In this document: one piece after another, positions 1 to 8,771 of the stretch | Position numbering within the stretch: position 1 is the stretch's first letter | Layout: every line of letters starts with the position of its first letter | DNA from: Abditibacterium sp. | GTDB lineage: Bacteria; Armatimonadota; Abditibacteriia; Abditibacteriales; Abditibacteriaceae | DNA: 64,000 nt | Reading direction: 5' to 3' | Assembly (NCBI GenBank): GCA_965246885.1 | Contig: OZ251992.1 | Coordinates: forward strand, 1,024,001-1,088,000 | Translations under genes and position numbers: made by a program | Notes under the pieces: model-generated | What the model saw: the letters and a program-made list of their open reading frames with translations, nothing else | Database searches by the model: none | What the model was told of the DNA's origin: nothing

Positions 1-499
1 AGGCAAGCGAGCAAACTCCCCGCTCGGTGCGCGCCACTAAGACCACGCCCACCTCCGATGGCGCGAAGGCGAAGCGGATGGCCGCTCCCACCCCGCCGCG
101 CTTGTAAGTGGCGGGCGTCATGCCGAGTTGCGCGGGCGCGCGTTCGTAGAGGGCACGGGCCGAGCCGAAACCGGCTTCGAGTTGCGCTTCCAAGACGGTT
201 TTGCCGCCGCGCAGTTCGCGCTTGAGCGTTTCCATGCGCTGAGCTTCCCCGACGTCGCGCGCCAAAGCAAGCGCCGGGGCCGCCCGTTTCGCTTCGGGGC
301 GGCAACGCTTGCACGCGCGAAACCCGGCATCCTTGGCCTGCGCGGGGGTGTCGAAGAACGCGACGTTCTCGGCGCGCGGGCGCTTCGCGGGGCAAGTGGC
401 GCGGCAAAAGACGCGCGTCGAGGACACGGCGTATACAAAATTGTCGGCGGCGCGCGGGTCGCGGTTGAGGACGGCCTGCCATTTCTGGGCGTTGGTCAT
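1..499 (-). CDS. ada: Bifunctional Ada-type regulator/methylated-DNA repair protein, 5' part (runs off window)
   Basis: Manual translation from ATG at 499: MTNAQKWQAVLNRDPRAADNFVYAVSSTRVFCRATCPAKRP...GFRACKRCRP (four-Cys Ada Zn motif), then LEAGFGSARALYERAPAQLGMTPATYKRGG and VLVARTERGVCSL. Absent from the ORF track because it is truncated. Confidence 0.9.
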   Translation of the reverse strand, partial: MTNAQKWQAVLNRDPRAADNFVYAVSSTRVFCRATCPAKRPRAENVAFFDTPAQAKDAGFRACKRCRPEAKRAAPALALARDVGEAQRMETLKRELRGGKTVLEAQLEAGFGSARALYERAPAQLGMTPATYKRGGVGAAIRFAFAPSEVGVVLVARTERGVCSLA

Positions 500-577
500 G
501 GCCTTTGGGTTTAAACGCTCTCCGACGCCGCGTCTTTCCAATTTGGCGTTTCAAACCGAAATTCTTCGCGCCAGCGT

Positions 578-682
578 CGTCTGTCACCGATTGCCACACG
601 TCTGCCAGCGATTCGCGCACGTCTGCCAGCGATTCGCGCACGTCTGCCAGCGATTCCCACATGCGTGGGAATCAGTGACAGG
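578..682. repeat. 21-nt tandem repeat, family A (CGTCTGCCAGCGATTCGCGCA): 4 direct units plus 1 inverted unit
   Basis: Units start at 578, 599, 620 and 641; inverted copy TGCGTGGGAATCAGTGACAGG at 662-682. Confidence 0.9.
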
Positions 683-700
683 CCCCCGTGAATCGAAGAA

Positions 701-1078
701 TTACGTCTGTGAGAGCGTCGCCAACAATCGGCAATTGGCCGCCGGAAACTCTTCTGCTTTCAATGCCGTCCGTGACCGCCACACCGCCCCCGTTGCTTTG
801 CCCGCCACTGCTCGCGCCTCGAAGGGATAAAGCGTTACGCGCCGCTCCGGGTACTCCCACTCGATTGCGTCGAGCGCTCGCACTATCTCGATTGTCAACC
901 CCGTTTCCTCGCGCGCTTCGCGAATGGCGGCTTGCTCTGGTGTCTCGCCCGCCTCGACTTTGCCGCCGGGAAACTCCCACATTCCCGGCAGGTGGTTGGC
1001 ATCCGGCGGGCGTTGTTGCACCAGCACTCTCTCCTCGTCCATAATCAAGGCGAGGGCAATATGTAAGTGCGGCTTCAT
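701..1078 (-). CDS. mutT: NUDIX hydrolase, MutT/8-oxo-dGTPase-like
   Basis: [27 protein letters not shown]udix box. Confidence 0.8.
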   Translation of the reverse strand: MKPHLHIALALIMDEERVLVQQRPPDANHLPGMWEFPGGKVEAGETPEQAAIREAREETGLTIEIVRALDAIEWEYPERRVTLYPFEARAVAGKATGAVWRSRTALKAEEFPAANCRLLATLSQT

Positions 1079-1091
1079 CTGCTGTGTTGCC

Positions 1092-2351
1092 TTAGTCTAA
1101 GGGGCGTAGCACCAAGCCAGTGACCAATTTTGGAAAGAAGTAGGTGGACTTTTGCGGCATTTTGTCGCCCGCGTCGGCGACTTGTTGGACTTGCTCGACG
1201 GGGATGCCGCGCAACAAGAAGGCCGCGCTCGCTCCTCCCGATTGAACGTAGTTCTCGGCTTCCCCGGCGTGGATGGTATATGTGACGAACCCGCCCGCCG
1301 CCAATTGCTCGGCGCCAATGCCCAGTTCGCGCTCCAAAATCAGTTGGTGGAGGAGCGAAACGTTGAGGGCGTTGAAAGCGTCCGACTTGGTGTTGTCCAT
1401 CGGCTTCGGGCCGCTTTTGGCGGTCAAGAGGGCGTATTGGCCGGGCAGAATAAGGCCGATTGAAGCGTCGCCGCCTTCGGAGTTCAGCACGCTGTCGAGC
1501 GCCTCGAACGAGTCGAGCGGCTCGACATCGAAGAGGGGCGCGAGCTTCGCCAATAAGCCGTCCGCATCCACGTTCTTCACGACGCGGTGCGTGGGCAAAA
1601 CGATGAGACCGTCGTCTTGCATCGAGACGCACAGCATCATGACCGCGTTTTCGCCGCCGTTTTCGCTGCCGGTTTCGGCGAGGTAGTTGAGCGCGGTTTC
1701 GTAGCGGTGGTGGCCGTCGGCAATGAGAACCGACTCGTTCTCGAAAGCCGCTTCGAGGCCGTTGACGGTTTCGTCATCGAGCACGCGCCACAAGCGGTGG
1801 GTCACGCCGTCATCGGTGGTGGCCTCCATGTGCGGCGCAGTGTTGGCGATGGCGTTGCCGATGAGTCCGTCTATCCAGCCGTCGTTGTCTTTGACGAGGC
1901 CGAAGATGGGGCTGGTGTTGGTGCGCGTCGCGCGGAGCAAGTTGAGGCGGTCGGCTTTGGGGCCAGACAACGTGTGCTCGTGCGGCAAGACGCCCTTGCC
2001 AAATGGTTCAAGCGTGAGGGCGCCCAACACGCCGCGCCGCTTCCGTGTTCCGTCCAAACCGGGCACGGCGAACTCCTGCTCATACAAGTAGAAGGCCGCA
2101 TCGTCGCGCTCTAAGATGCCCTCCTCCTTCCACCCCTTGAGCAGGGCGGCTGACTGCGCGTATTGCTGCGGTGTGGCGCTCTCGCCGTAGCGGGCGGCGA
2201 GTTCGACGGCAACGATGTTGTGCGCGTCGTGAGCGAGCAGTTCGTCGCGCGCGGCGCCCTTAATCACGTCGTAAGGCGGACAAAGGACTTTGCCCAAGGT
2301 GACGCGCCCCGTATTGTAGCGTAAGCCGCGAAAGGAAGTGAATTGTGCCAT
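1092..2351 (-). CDS. DUF1015 family protein
   Basis: [28 protein letters not shown]-like and [13 protein letters not shown] motifs. Confidence 0.9.
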   Translation of the reverse strand: MAQFTSFRGLRYNTGRVTLGKVLCPPYDVIKGAARDELLAHDAHNIVAVELAARYGESATPQQYAQSAALLKGWKEEGILERDDAAFYLYEQEFAVPGLDGTRKRRGVLGALTLEPFGKGVLPHEHTLSGPKADRLNLLRATRTNTSPIFGLVKDNDGWIDGLIGNAIANTAPHMEATTDDGVTHRLWRVLDDETVNGLEAAFENESVLIADGHHRYETALNYLAETGSENGGENAVMMLCVSMQDDGLIVLPTHRVVKNVDADGLLAKLAPLFDVEPLDSFEALDSVLNSEGGDASIGLILPGQYALLTAKSGPKPMDNTKSDAFNALNVSLLHQLILERELGIGAEQLAAGGFVTYTIHAGEAENYVQSGGASAAFLLRGIPVEQVQQVADAGDKMPQKSTYFFPKLVTGLVLRPLD

Positions 2352-2384
2352 GATGGTAGTTTGCTCCGCGCCGGGGTGCGCGGC

Positions 2385-4154
2385 TTAGTTTGCGCCCTTG
2401 GCCGCACTCAAGCGCGCTTCCAATTCGGCGACGCCCGCGAGGACTTCCGCTTCGGACAGCGCGCCGTTGACCGCACCCGCGAGCGCGAGTTGCAACCGGT
2501 CGCCCTTGGAGTGGGCTTGCAGAGCGTCGGCCCTGTGTTTGAGCTTGGGTTCGCCCTCGTGCAGAAGCGAGACGCCGGTCATGGCGGGCGGTTGGGCGAC
2601 GCGCATCAGGTCGAGCAGGGTGGGCGCGACATCGGCCAAGCGTCCGCCTGCGCGCAGTTTGGCGCTCTCCGTCCCGACGCCGAACAGGATGCACGGCACG
2701 GGGTTGGTGGTATGGGCGGTTTGGGGCACGTTGTGCACGAAGTCGAACTCCTGCTCGCAGTTGCCGTGATCGGCGATAACGAGCAGGTTGCCGCCGACGC
2801 GCTCGATGGCGGGGATGATCTCGCCCAAGCCGTTGTCGGCGGCTTCGACGGCGCGGATGGCCGCTTCCAACACGCCGGTGTGCCCGACCATATCGGTTTG
2901 GGCGTAGTTGAGGATGATGAGGTCAAAGCGCTGGGCGAGGATGGCGGCGACGACTTTTTCGGTCACTTCGGGCGCGCTCATTTCGGGCTGGAGGTCGTAG
3001 GTGGCGACATCCGGGGAGTTGACGAGGATGCGTTCTTCGCCCGCCCAAGGCGTTTCCATGCCGCCGGAAAAGAAGAAGGTGACGTGCGGGTATTTTTCGG
3101 TCTCGGCGATGCGCAGTTGGGTCTTCCCGGCTTTGGCGACAGTTTCACCCAGACCGTCGTGTTGCGGGCGGGGGCCAAAAGCGTAGGGGGCGGTCTGCGC
3201 TTCGGAGTAGCGCGTCATTGAGGCGAGGAACACGTCGGGCACGACTTCTCTTTTGAAGCGGGCGCGCTCGGCGTCGGGCTGGACGGGCAAGTCGCGGTCG
3301 AAGTCGGGGTCGAGGAAGAGTTGCATGAGTTCCCTTCCCCGGTCGGAGCGGTAGTTCCACAGCACAACCGCGTCGCCGCTTTGGATGCGTGGGCGGACGG
3401 CGCCGTCTGGCCCTTGGACGGCGGTGGCGCCAATGAACTCGTCGGTTTCGCCGCGCTCGTAGGCGGACTGAACGGCGGCAACGGCGTCGGGCGCGGTGTG
3501 GCCCTTGCCCTGCGTGAGGCACTCGTAGGCTTGCCGGACGCGCGGCCAGCGCGTGTCCCTGTCCATCGCGTAGTAGCGGCCAATGACGCTGCCAACGCAG
3601 CCGCACCCCGTCGCCACCATTTTTTCCAGCAAGCGCGCGACAAAGCCCGCGCCCGACTGCGGCGCGGTGTCGCGCCCATCGGTGAAGGCGTGCACAACGA
3701 CTTGGTCGCCCTTGAGTCCGTGCCGCGCGGCCATTTCGAGAAGCGCGAGGTAATGGCTTTCGCTCGCATGGACGCCGCCGCTACTGGCGAGGCCCATCAA
3801 GTGCAAGCGCGCGCCGCTTCCTTGCACGTGCTTGATGGCATCGAGGAAAACTTCGTTGTCGAAGAACTCGCCGCTTGCCAACGAGTTGTCAATGAGCAGG
3901 GAGTCTTGAAACACGACGCGCCCCGCGCCGATGTTGAGGTGCCCGACCTCGGAGTTGCCCATGATGCCCCCCGGCAGTCCGACATCTTCGCCCGACGCTT
4001 GGAGCGTGGTGTGCGGGCAAGAGTTCCACAAGCGGTCGAAGTTGGGCTTGCGCGCGAGGGCAACGGCGTTGGCGCGCGCGTCATCGGACAACCCGAAGCC
4101 GTCCAAGATCACGAGCATCACCGGACGCGGAATGGTGGCAGAAAGCGAGGACAT
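2385..4154 (-). CDS. gpmI: 2,3-bisphosphoglycerate-independent phosphoglycerate mutase
   Basis: ILDGFG, MGNSEVGH, DGRDT, GRYYAMDRD, AETEKYPHVTFFF, DMVGHTG, ADHGN. Confidence 0.97.
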   Translation of the reverse strand: MSSLSATIPRPVMLVILDGFGLSDDARANAVALARKPNFDRLWNSCPHTTLQASGEDVGLPGGIMGNSEVGHLNIGAGRVVFQDSLLIDNSLASGEFFDNEVFLDAIKHVQGSGARLHLMGLASSGGVHASESHYLALLEMAARHGLKGDQVVVHAFTDGRDTAPQSGAGFVARLLEKMVATGCGCVGSVIGRYYAMDRDTRWPRVRQAYECLTQGKGHTAPDAVAAVQSAYERGETDEFIGATAVQGPDGAVRPRIQSGDAVVLWNYRSDRGRELMQLFLDPDFDRDLPVQPDAERARFKREVVPDVFLASMTRYSEAQTAPYAFGPRPQHDGLGETVAKAGKTQLRIAETEKYPHVTFFFSGGMETPWAGEERILVNSPDVATYDLQPEMSAPEVTEKVVAAILAQRFDLIILNYAQTDMVGHTGVLEAAIRAVEAADNGLGEIIPAIERVGGNLLVIADHGNCEQEFDFVHNVPQTAHTTNPVPCILFGVGTESAKLRAGGRLADVAPTLLDLMRVAQPPAMTGVSLLHEGEPKLKHRADALQAHSKGDRLQLALAGAVNGALSEAEVLAGVAELEARLSAAKGAN

Positions 4155-4166
4155 AGTGGTCGGAAA

Positions 4167-4592
4167 CTAATACAACTCCGGCGTTTGGTAGTCGCGGGAA
4201 ATGACGGCGATGCAGTCCATTTCCAGTTCGGCGTCCTTGGGCAGGCGGGCGACTTGAACGGTGGCGCGGGCGGGGAGGAGGTTGGTCGAAGTGGGGGTGT
4301 TGGGAAAAAAGAGCGCGAAGATGCGGTTCATTTCGTCGAACTGGTTGAGGTCAATCATGTAGATGGTGATTTTGACCACGTCGTCCAAGCGGGCGCCGCC
4401 TTCTTCGAGGATTTCGCGCAGGTTGACCAGCACCTGCTCGGTTTGCACCGCGATGGAGCCGCCGACCAGTTCGTTGGTTTTGGGGTTGATGGGCAGTTGG
4501 CCCGAAACGTAGATGGTGTCGTTGACCTTGACGCCCTGCGCGTAGGGGCCAAGCGCGGCGGGCGCGTCGGCGGTGGCGATGATTTCTTTCAT
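4167..4592 (-). CDS. ridA: RidA/YjgF enamine deaminase
   Basis: APAALGPYAQG, SGQLP, PARATVQVARLPKDAELE. Confidence 0.9.
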   Translation of the reverse strand: MKEIIATADAPAALGPYAQGVKVNDTIYVSGQLPINPKTNELVGGSIAVQTEQVLVNLREILEEGGARLDDVVKITIYMIDLNQFDEMNRIFALFFPNTPTSTNLLPARATVQVARLPKDAELEMDCIAVISRDYQTPELY

Positions 4593-4601
4593 ACGCCTAA
4601 T

Positions 4602-5372
4602 TTACCGCGTTTGGGCGGACAGGCGCGCTTCGCGCTCGCGCAGGGTGCGCGCGGCGGTTTCGAGATCGGAGGGCTTGTCTATGTCGAAAGCGATGGTTGC
4701 GTCGGGCATGCGCACGGCGCCCGCGCGACAGCCGATGAGGGCGGAGACTTTGGCTTCGACATCCTCAACCGAAAGCCGCCCCGCGAGGGCACGCGCGATG
4801 AATCCGGCGCCAAGCATCTTGGCAAGGGCGAAGGGGTTTTTGCGGGCCGCGAACGCCCCGGCGATGAGCGTTTCGAGCGATTCGAGATGCGCGCGCGGCA
4901 AGAGGAAGGCGTTGCCGCCCGTCCATTGACTGCCCGAAAGCGGAGCGTAGGTGCGACTGCCACCGGGAAACTGCGCGTCGCAGTTGGCTTTGGACACGAT
5001 GGGATAAGCGGCTTCGAGCAAGTTCACGGCGGCGCCATCGAGGAACTGCATCCACGTTTGCCCCGTAGCGAGGGGCAAGTCGCCGGTCACGATGAGAACG
5101 CGCTCCCCCTTGGCGGCGCGCGCGCCTTTGAAGAGGTTATCGGTCAGCCGCTCGCCCGACGGCAAGCCGCGCACATCGGACGACAGCGACTCCAGCGCCA
5201 AGGGCGTCGCCACGCAGATGATGCCCGTGATGGGCGGCACGCCGCGCAGCGACTCGACGACGTGGTCTACGAGCGGGCGCCCCGCGAGCGGGATAAGCGC
5301 GCGTTCGGGGGCGTCGGTGGCCCCGCGCAGGGCGGGGGGAATGGGGCCACCGGCCAAAATGACGGCTTCCAT
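4602..5372 (-). CDS. MobA-like NTP-transferase domain protein
   Basis: AVILAGG N-terminus, GDLP, TGGN, FDIDKPSD. Confidence 0.75.
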   Translation of the reverse strand: MEAVILAGGPIPPALRGATDAPERALIPLAGRPLVDHVVESLRGVPPITGIICVATPLALESLSSDVRGLPSGERLTDNLFKGARAAKGERVLIVTGDLPLATGQTWMQFLDGAAVNLLEAAYPIVSKANCDAQFPGGSRTYAPLSGSQWTGGNAFLLPRAHLESLETLIAGAFAARKNPFALAKMLGAGFIARALAGRLSVEDVEAKVSALIGCRAGAVRMPDATIAFDIDKPSDLETAARTLREREARLSAQTR

Positions 5373-5390
5373 GAGGGAGGGCTTGGGGTG

Positions 5391-6374
5391 TTAGAACCCC
5401 CCCGGCATGTAGCCGCCCCCGCCCGGTGGGGGCGGTGGGACAGCGCGCACGATGGGGGCTTGCGGCGCGGACGGCATCGGGGCGCCGTTGGTCGGGTTCT
5501 GGAGCAAGTTCGCTTGGTTCTGGGCGGCCAGACCGGTCATGGCGCCCAGATTCATCGAGTCAAGCGCCGACGAGGGCACGATAATCATCGACCCTTTGTC
5601 CTTCATGCCCTCGTAAAGCATGTTCATGGCGCGCAGATGCAGGGCGGTCGGGCTTTGCTCGTAGAGCTTGGCCGCTTCCATGAACTTGGCGGCGACTTGG
5701 ACTTCCGACTCGCCCAAGATGATGCGCGCTTGGCGCTCGCGCTCGGCCTGCGCTTGGCGGCTCATGGCGTCTTGCAGGGCGGCGGGGATGGTCACGTCGC
5801 GGATCTCGACGCTCGTGACTTCGACGCCCCAAGGCTCCGTCCGGTTGTCAATGAGGGTCTTGAGGATGTTGTCTATCTTGTCGCGGCCCGACAGGATGTC
5901 GGCGAGGGTCGAGCGGCCAATGACGTCGCGCAGCGCCGTTTGCGCGGCCCAGCCGATGGCTTGGCTGTACTCCTGCACTTCCAAGATGGCCTTTTCTGGG
6001 TTGACGACGCGCCAGAACAAGACCGCGTCCACGTCAACGGGCACGGTGTCGGCGGTGATGGATTGCTCGGCTTTAAAAGTCGAGGTGATGGTGCGCAGGT
6101 CTATGACGCGCGCCACGTTTTGCGCGACGGGCGTGATGAAGAACAGCCCCGGCCCGCGCATGCCCGCGAAGCGCCCGAAGTTGAGCACAACGGCGCGCTC
6201 CCACTGCGCCACCATGCGGATGGCCGACGACAACAGCCACGCCGCGATAAGCGTAACCACGCCCATCAAGATGCCGAGAAGCGCCGACACCGAAAACAAA
6301 ACCGCCGAAATGACGCCGCCGATGACTACGACGATGAGCCACACAAGAGCACGAAGTCCAGAATCTACTTGCAT
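5391..6374 (-). CDS. SPFH/stomatin (slipin) family membrane protein
   Basis: N-terminal TM helices, AAQTALRDVIG, WGVEVTSVEIRDV, AMSRQAQAERERQAR. Confidence 0.93.
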   Translation of the reverse strand: MQVDSGLRALVWLIVVVIGGVISAVLFSVSALLGILMGVVTLIAAWLLSSAIRMVAQWERAVVLNFGRFAGMRGPGLFFITPVAQNVARVIDLRTITSTFKAEQSITADTVPVDVDAVLFWRVVNPEKAILEVQEYSQAIGWAAQTALRDVIGRSTLADILSGRDKIDNILKTLIDNRTEPWGVEVTSVEIRDVTIPAALQDAMSRQAQAERERQARIILGESEVQVAAKFMEAAKLYEQSPTALHLRAMNMLYEGMKDKGSMIIVPSSALDSMNLGAMTGLAAQNQANLLQNPTNGAPMPSAPQAPIVRAVPPPPPGGGGYMPGGF

Positions 6375-6404
6375 TGGTGAATTCCTCCGAAAACGAGCGG
6401 CAGT

Positions 6405-7058
6405 TTAGGGGGTCGCGCGCGGCTCCAGTCGGGCCAGTAGCCCCGCGAGCGCGCCCCACTCCCCGGCCACCTCCCGCGCGGGCCGCGCCAACCACTGATT
6501 TACCGCTTCGCCCGCCCCGTTGCGTTCGAGAACAAAGAAGATGGCGCCTTCGCCGCTTGGCGCTTCACCCGCCAACGCGCGGGCCGAGGAGTTCGCTTCC
6601 ACCGCTCCGCACACCATCATGTCCGCTTGCCCCAACAGCAGAGCATCGCGTCCCGTCTCCAAAGCATCTAACCCCGCCCGCACGCCGCATAATGGGTTGT
6701 GCGAGCCGCGTATTTCCCACTCGATGCTCAGTATCGCGGCGGGCGAATTGAAAAACGAATGCGAAAAGAGGAGCGGCGACACCGTCTTGGCGCCCGCTTC
6801 GGCGAGCTTTCCTTCAAAGGCCGCCATCGTTGCCACCGCCCCGAACTGCGTCCCGACGCATAATCCCACGGAGTCGCCGAGCGGCGCCGTAAGCCCCGCG
6901 TCCCGCAAGGCGAGCGAACACGCCGCGAGCGCCAACGCCGAAGCGCGGTCGAGATACGTCTTGGGCGCGACCGGATAACCCGCCAAGTCGAAAGCGGGCA
7001 GGGCGAACTCCCCCTCAACGGGAAGAACGGTGGCGAGCGAGCGGATGGTGATGGGCAT
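6405..7058 (-). CDS. Truncated beta-ketoacyl synthase N-terminal domain protein (chain-length-factor-like)
   Basis: GLCVGTQFG, VSPLLFSHSFFNSPAAILSI, GEGAIFFVLE. Only 217 aa, with no canonical ACxSG and no C-terminal His motifs. Confidence 0.75.
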   Translation of the reverse strand: MPITIRSLATVLPVEGEFALPAFDLAGYPVAPKTYLDRASALALAACSLALRDAGLTAPLGDSVGLCVGTQFGAVATMAAFEGKLAEAGAKTVSPLLFSHSFFNSPAAILSIEWEIRGSHNPLCGVRAGLDALETGRDALLLGQADMMVCGAVEANSSARALAGEAPSGEGAIFFVLERNGAGEAVNQWLARPAREVAGEWGALAGLLARLEPRATP

Positions 7059-7061
7059 GGG

Positions 7062-8258
7062 TTAAATCCGCTCCAGTGCCAAGCACGCGTTGTTGCCGCC
7101 GATGCCACTGGAATTGGACAGGGCGCGGCGGATGGGGGTTTGGCGGGCGTGCAGGGCGATGTAATCGAGCGTCAGGGCGGGGTCGGGTTCCTCCAAGCCG
7201 AGCGTGGGCGGGAGAAAGCCGTCGCGCAAAGCGAGGGCGGTGGCAATGGCTTCGAGGGCGCCCGCCGCGCCCATCGTGTGACTGGTCGCGGCTTTACTGC
7301 TCGATACGGCCAACTTGCGGGCGTGGGCGCCGAAGACGGTTTCGATGGCCTGCGTTTCGGCGAGGTCGTTAAGCTGCGTGCCCGTGCCGTGCGCGTTGAT
7401 GTATTCGACCGATTCAGCGCTCCAACCGGCGTCGTTGAGGGCGTGCGACATGGCCCACGCCAAGCCCGCGCCGCCTTTGTCGGGCGCGGTGAGGTGGTGG
7501 GCGTTGGCGCCCACGCTCCAACCGCACAATCTGGCAAGCGGCAGGGCGCCGCGTTTTTGGGCGGAAAGCGCGGTTTCGAGGACAACGAACGCGGCGCCTT
7601 CGCCGAAAAGGGTGCCATTGCGCCGCGCGTCGAAGGGGCGGATGTCGTCGGGCGAAACCGTGCGCAGAATGGACAATCCCGCGAGCGTGGACAAGCCCAA
7701 GCCGTCGAAGCCGCCCGCGACGGCGACATGGCAGCGCCCCAATCGGAGCCAGTTGGCGGCCAGCCCAATGGCGTGCGCGCCACTGGAACAAGCGTTGGAA
7801 AGACTCGCGCGCGGGCCGCTGTTGTTCCATCGCGCGGCGAGATAGGTCGCGGCGGCGTCGGGCAAGAACTGGGCGAAAGTTTCCGGGTCGCGCTCGCCGC
7901 TCCGCGCCAGTTCGCACACTAACTCCCAACTCGCGGCGCCGCCGAAGTTAGTGCCCAAAGCGAGGCCGCAAGCAGCGCGGTCGTCGTCCGAAAGTCCGGC
8001 ACTGTGGGCGGCCTCGCTCGCGGCGGCAACGGCAAAAGCGGTCGCTTCGTCGCCGTCACCATCGGAAACGTGCGCGCCCGCGTCAAAGCCGTTGACTTGC
8101 CCGCCGCGCGCGTTGCGCAACCCGCTCGTTTCAACTTTTGTGAGCGGCCCGATGCCGCTTTCGCCAGCGACAAGGCGGCGCCAAAAGCTGGGCGCATCCA
8201 GCCCCAACGGGCAGACGACTCCGGCTCCGGTGATCCATAACTCTTGCGCGCGGTGCAT
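7062..8258 (-). CDS. fabF: Beta-ketoacyl-ACP synthase II (FabF-like KS)
   Basis: NACSSG, INAHGTGT, SSKAATSHTMGAAG, SNSSGIGGNNA. Start set at ATG 8258 (MHRAQELWITG). Confidence 0.85.
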   Translation of the reverse strand: MHRAQELWITGAGVVCPLGLDAPSFWRRLVAGESGIGPLTKVETSGLRNARGGQVNGFDAGAHVSDGDGDEATAFAVAAASEAAHSAGLSDDDRAACGLALGTNFGGAASWELVCELARSGERDPETFAQFLPDAAATYLAARWNNSGPRASLSNACSSGAHAIGLAANWLRLGRCHVAVAGGFDGLGLSTLAGLSILRTVSPDDIRPFDARRNGTLFGEGAAFVVLETALSAQKRGALPLARLCGWSVGANAHHLTAPDKGGAGLAWAMSHALNDAGWSAESVEYINAHGTGTQLNDLAETQAIETVFGAHARKLAVSSSKAATSHTMGAAGALEAIATALALRDGFLPPTLGLEEPDPALTLDYIALHARQTPIRRALSNSSGIGGNNACLALERI

Positions 8259-8465
8259 GGAGAAGTTGGACGCCCCGCGCGCGCCGAAGTCGCAGAAGCG
8301 GCGCGGGAAACCCCTGAATCCAAAGTTTGGGGAAACGCGCGCGAAGGCACTCGCTCTTAACATGGCGAGAGAAAAATTTGCGCCGCCGAAACGCTTTGGT
8401 AACGGCGCGTGGGTATCCTTTTTCTTGTAGTTTTAGGCGTGACTTTTGCCGAGGAAAACCCGACG

Positions 8466-8771
8466 ATGACCATCATCAAGACCGTTCCCCCCGTGTCGCC
8501 CGTGTCCGTTGCTTCCCCGGAAGTCGCGGCGCTCCTTGCCTTCCTCGAACAAGCTGAAGTTTGCCGCGAACAAGCCCGCGAAGCCGCCCGCCTCAAACGC
8601 TTCCGCTCCGCCTTGGGACTGTTCGCCACCGCGAGCGCCCTGTGCCGCCACGTCGCCTTGCACGGCGACGAAACGCTGCGCGGGCGCGCGAGTGAACGCT
8701 TGGGTTCTCTTGCCGTTGAAGCCACTACCTACAGCGACTTGGCGCGCAGTTCGCGCTCGTCGTCGGGTTAG
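8466..8771 (+). CDS. Hypothetical helical protein
   Basis: ATG preceded by GAGGA. Fills the gap between two minus-strand genes; no recognisable motif. Confidence 0.55.
   Translation: MTIIKTVPPVSPVSVASPEVAALLAFLEQAEVCREQAREAARLKRFRSALGLFATASALCRHVALHGDETLRGRASERLGSLAVEATTYSDLARSSRSSSG

Noticed and set aside
309..830. ORF with VCQRFAH heptad repeats
   Set aside because: It overlaps ada and mutT in antisense; the repeats are the intergenic 21-nt array.
3321..6380. 1019-aa plus-strand ORF
   Set aside because: Antisense shadow of gpmI, ridA, the NTP transferase and SPFH genes, as is typical in high-GC DNA; no motifs.
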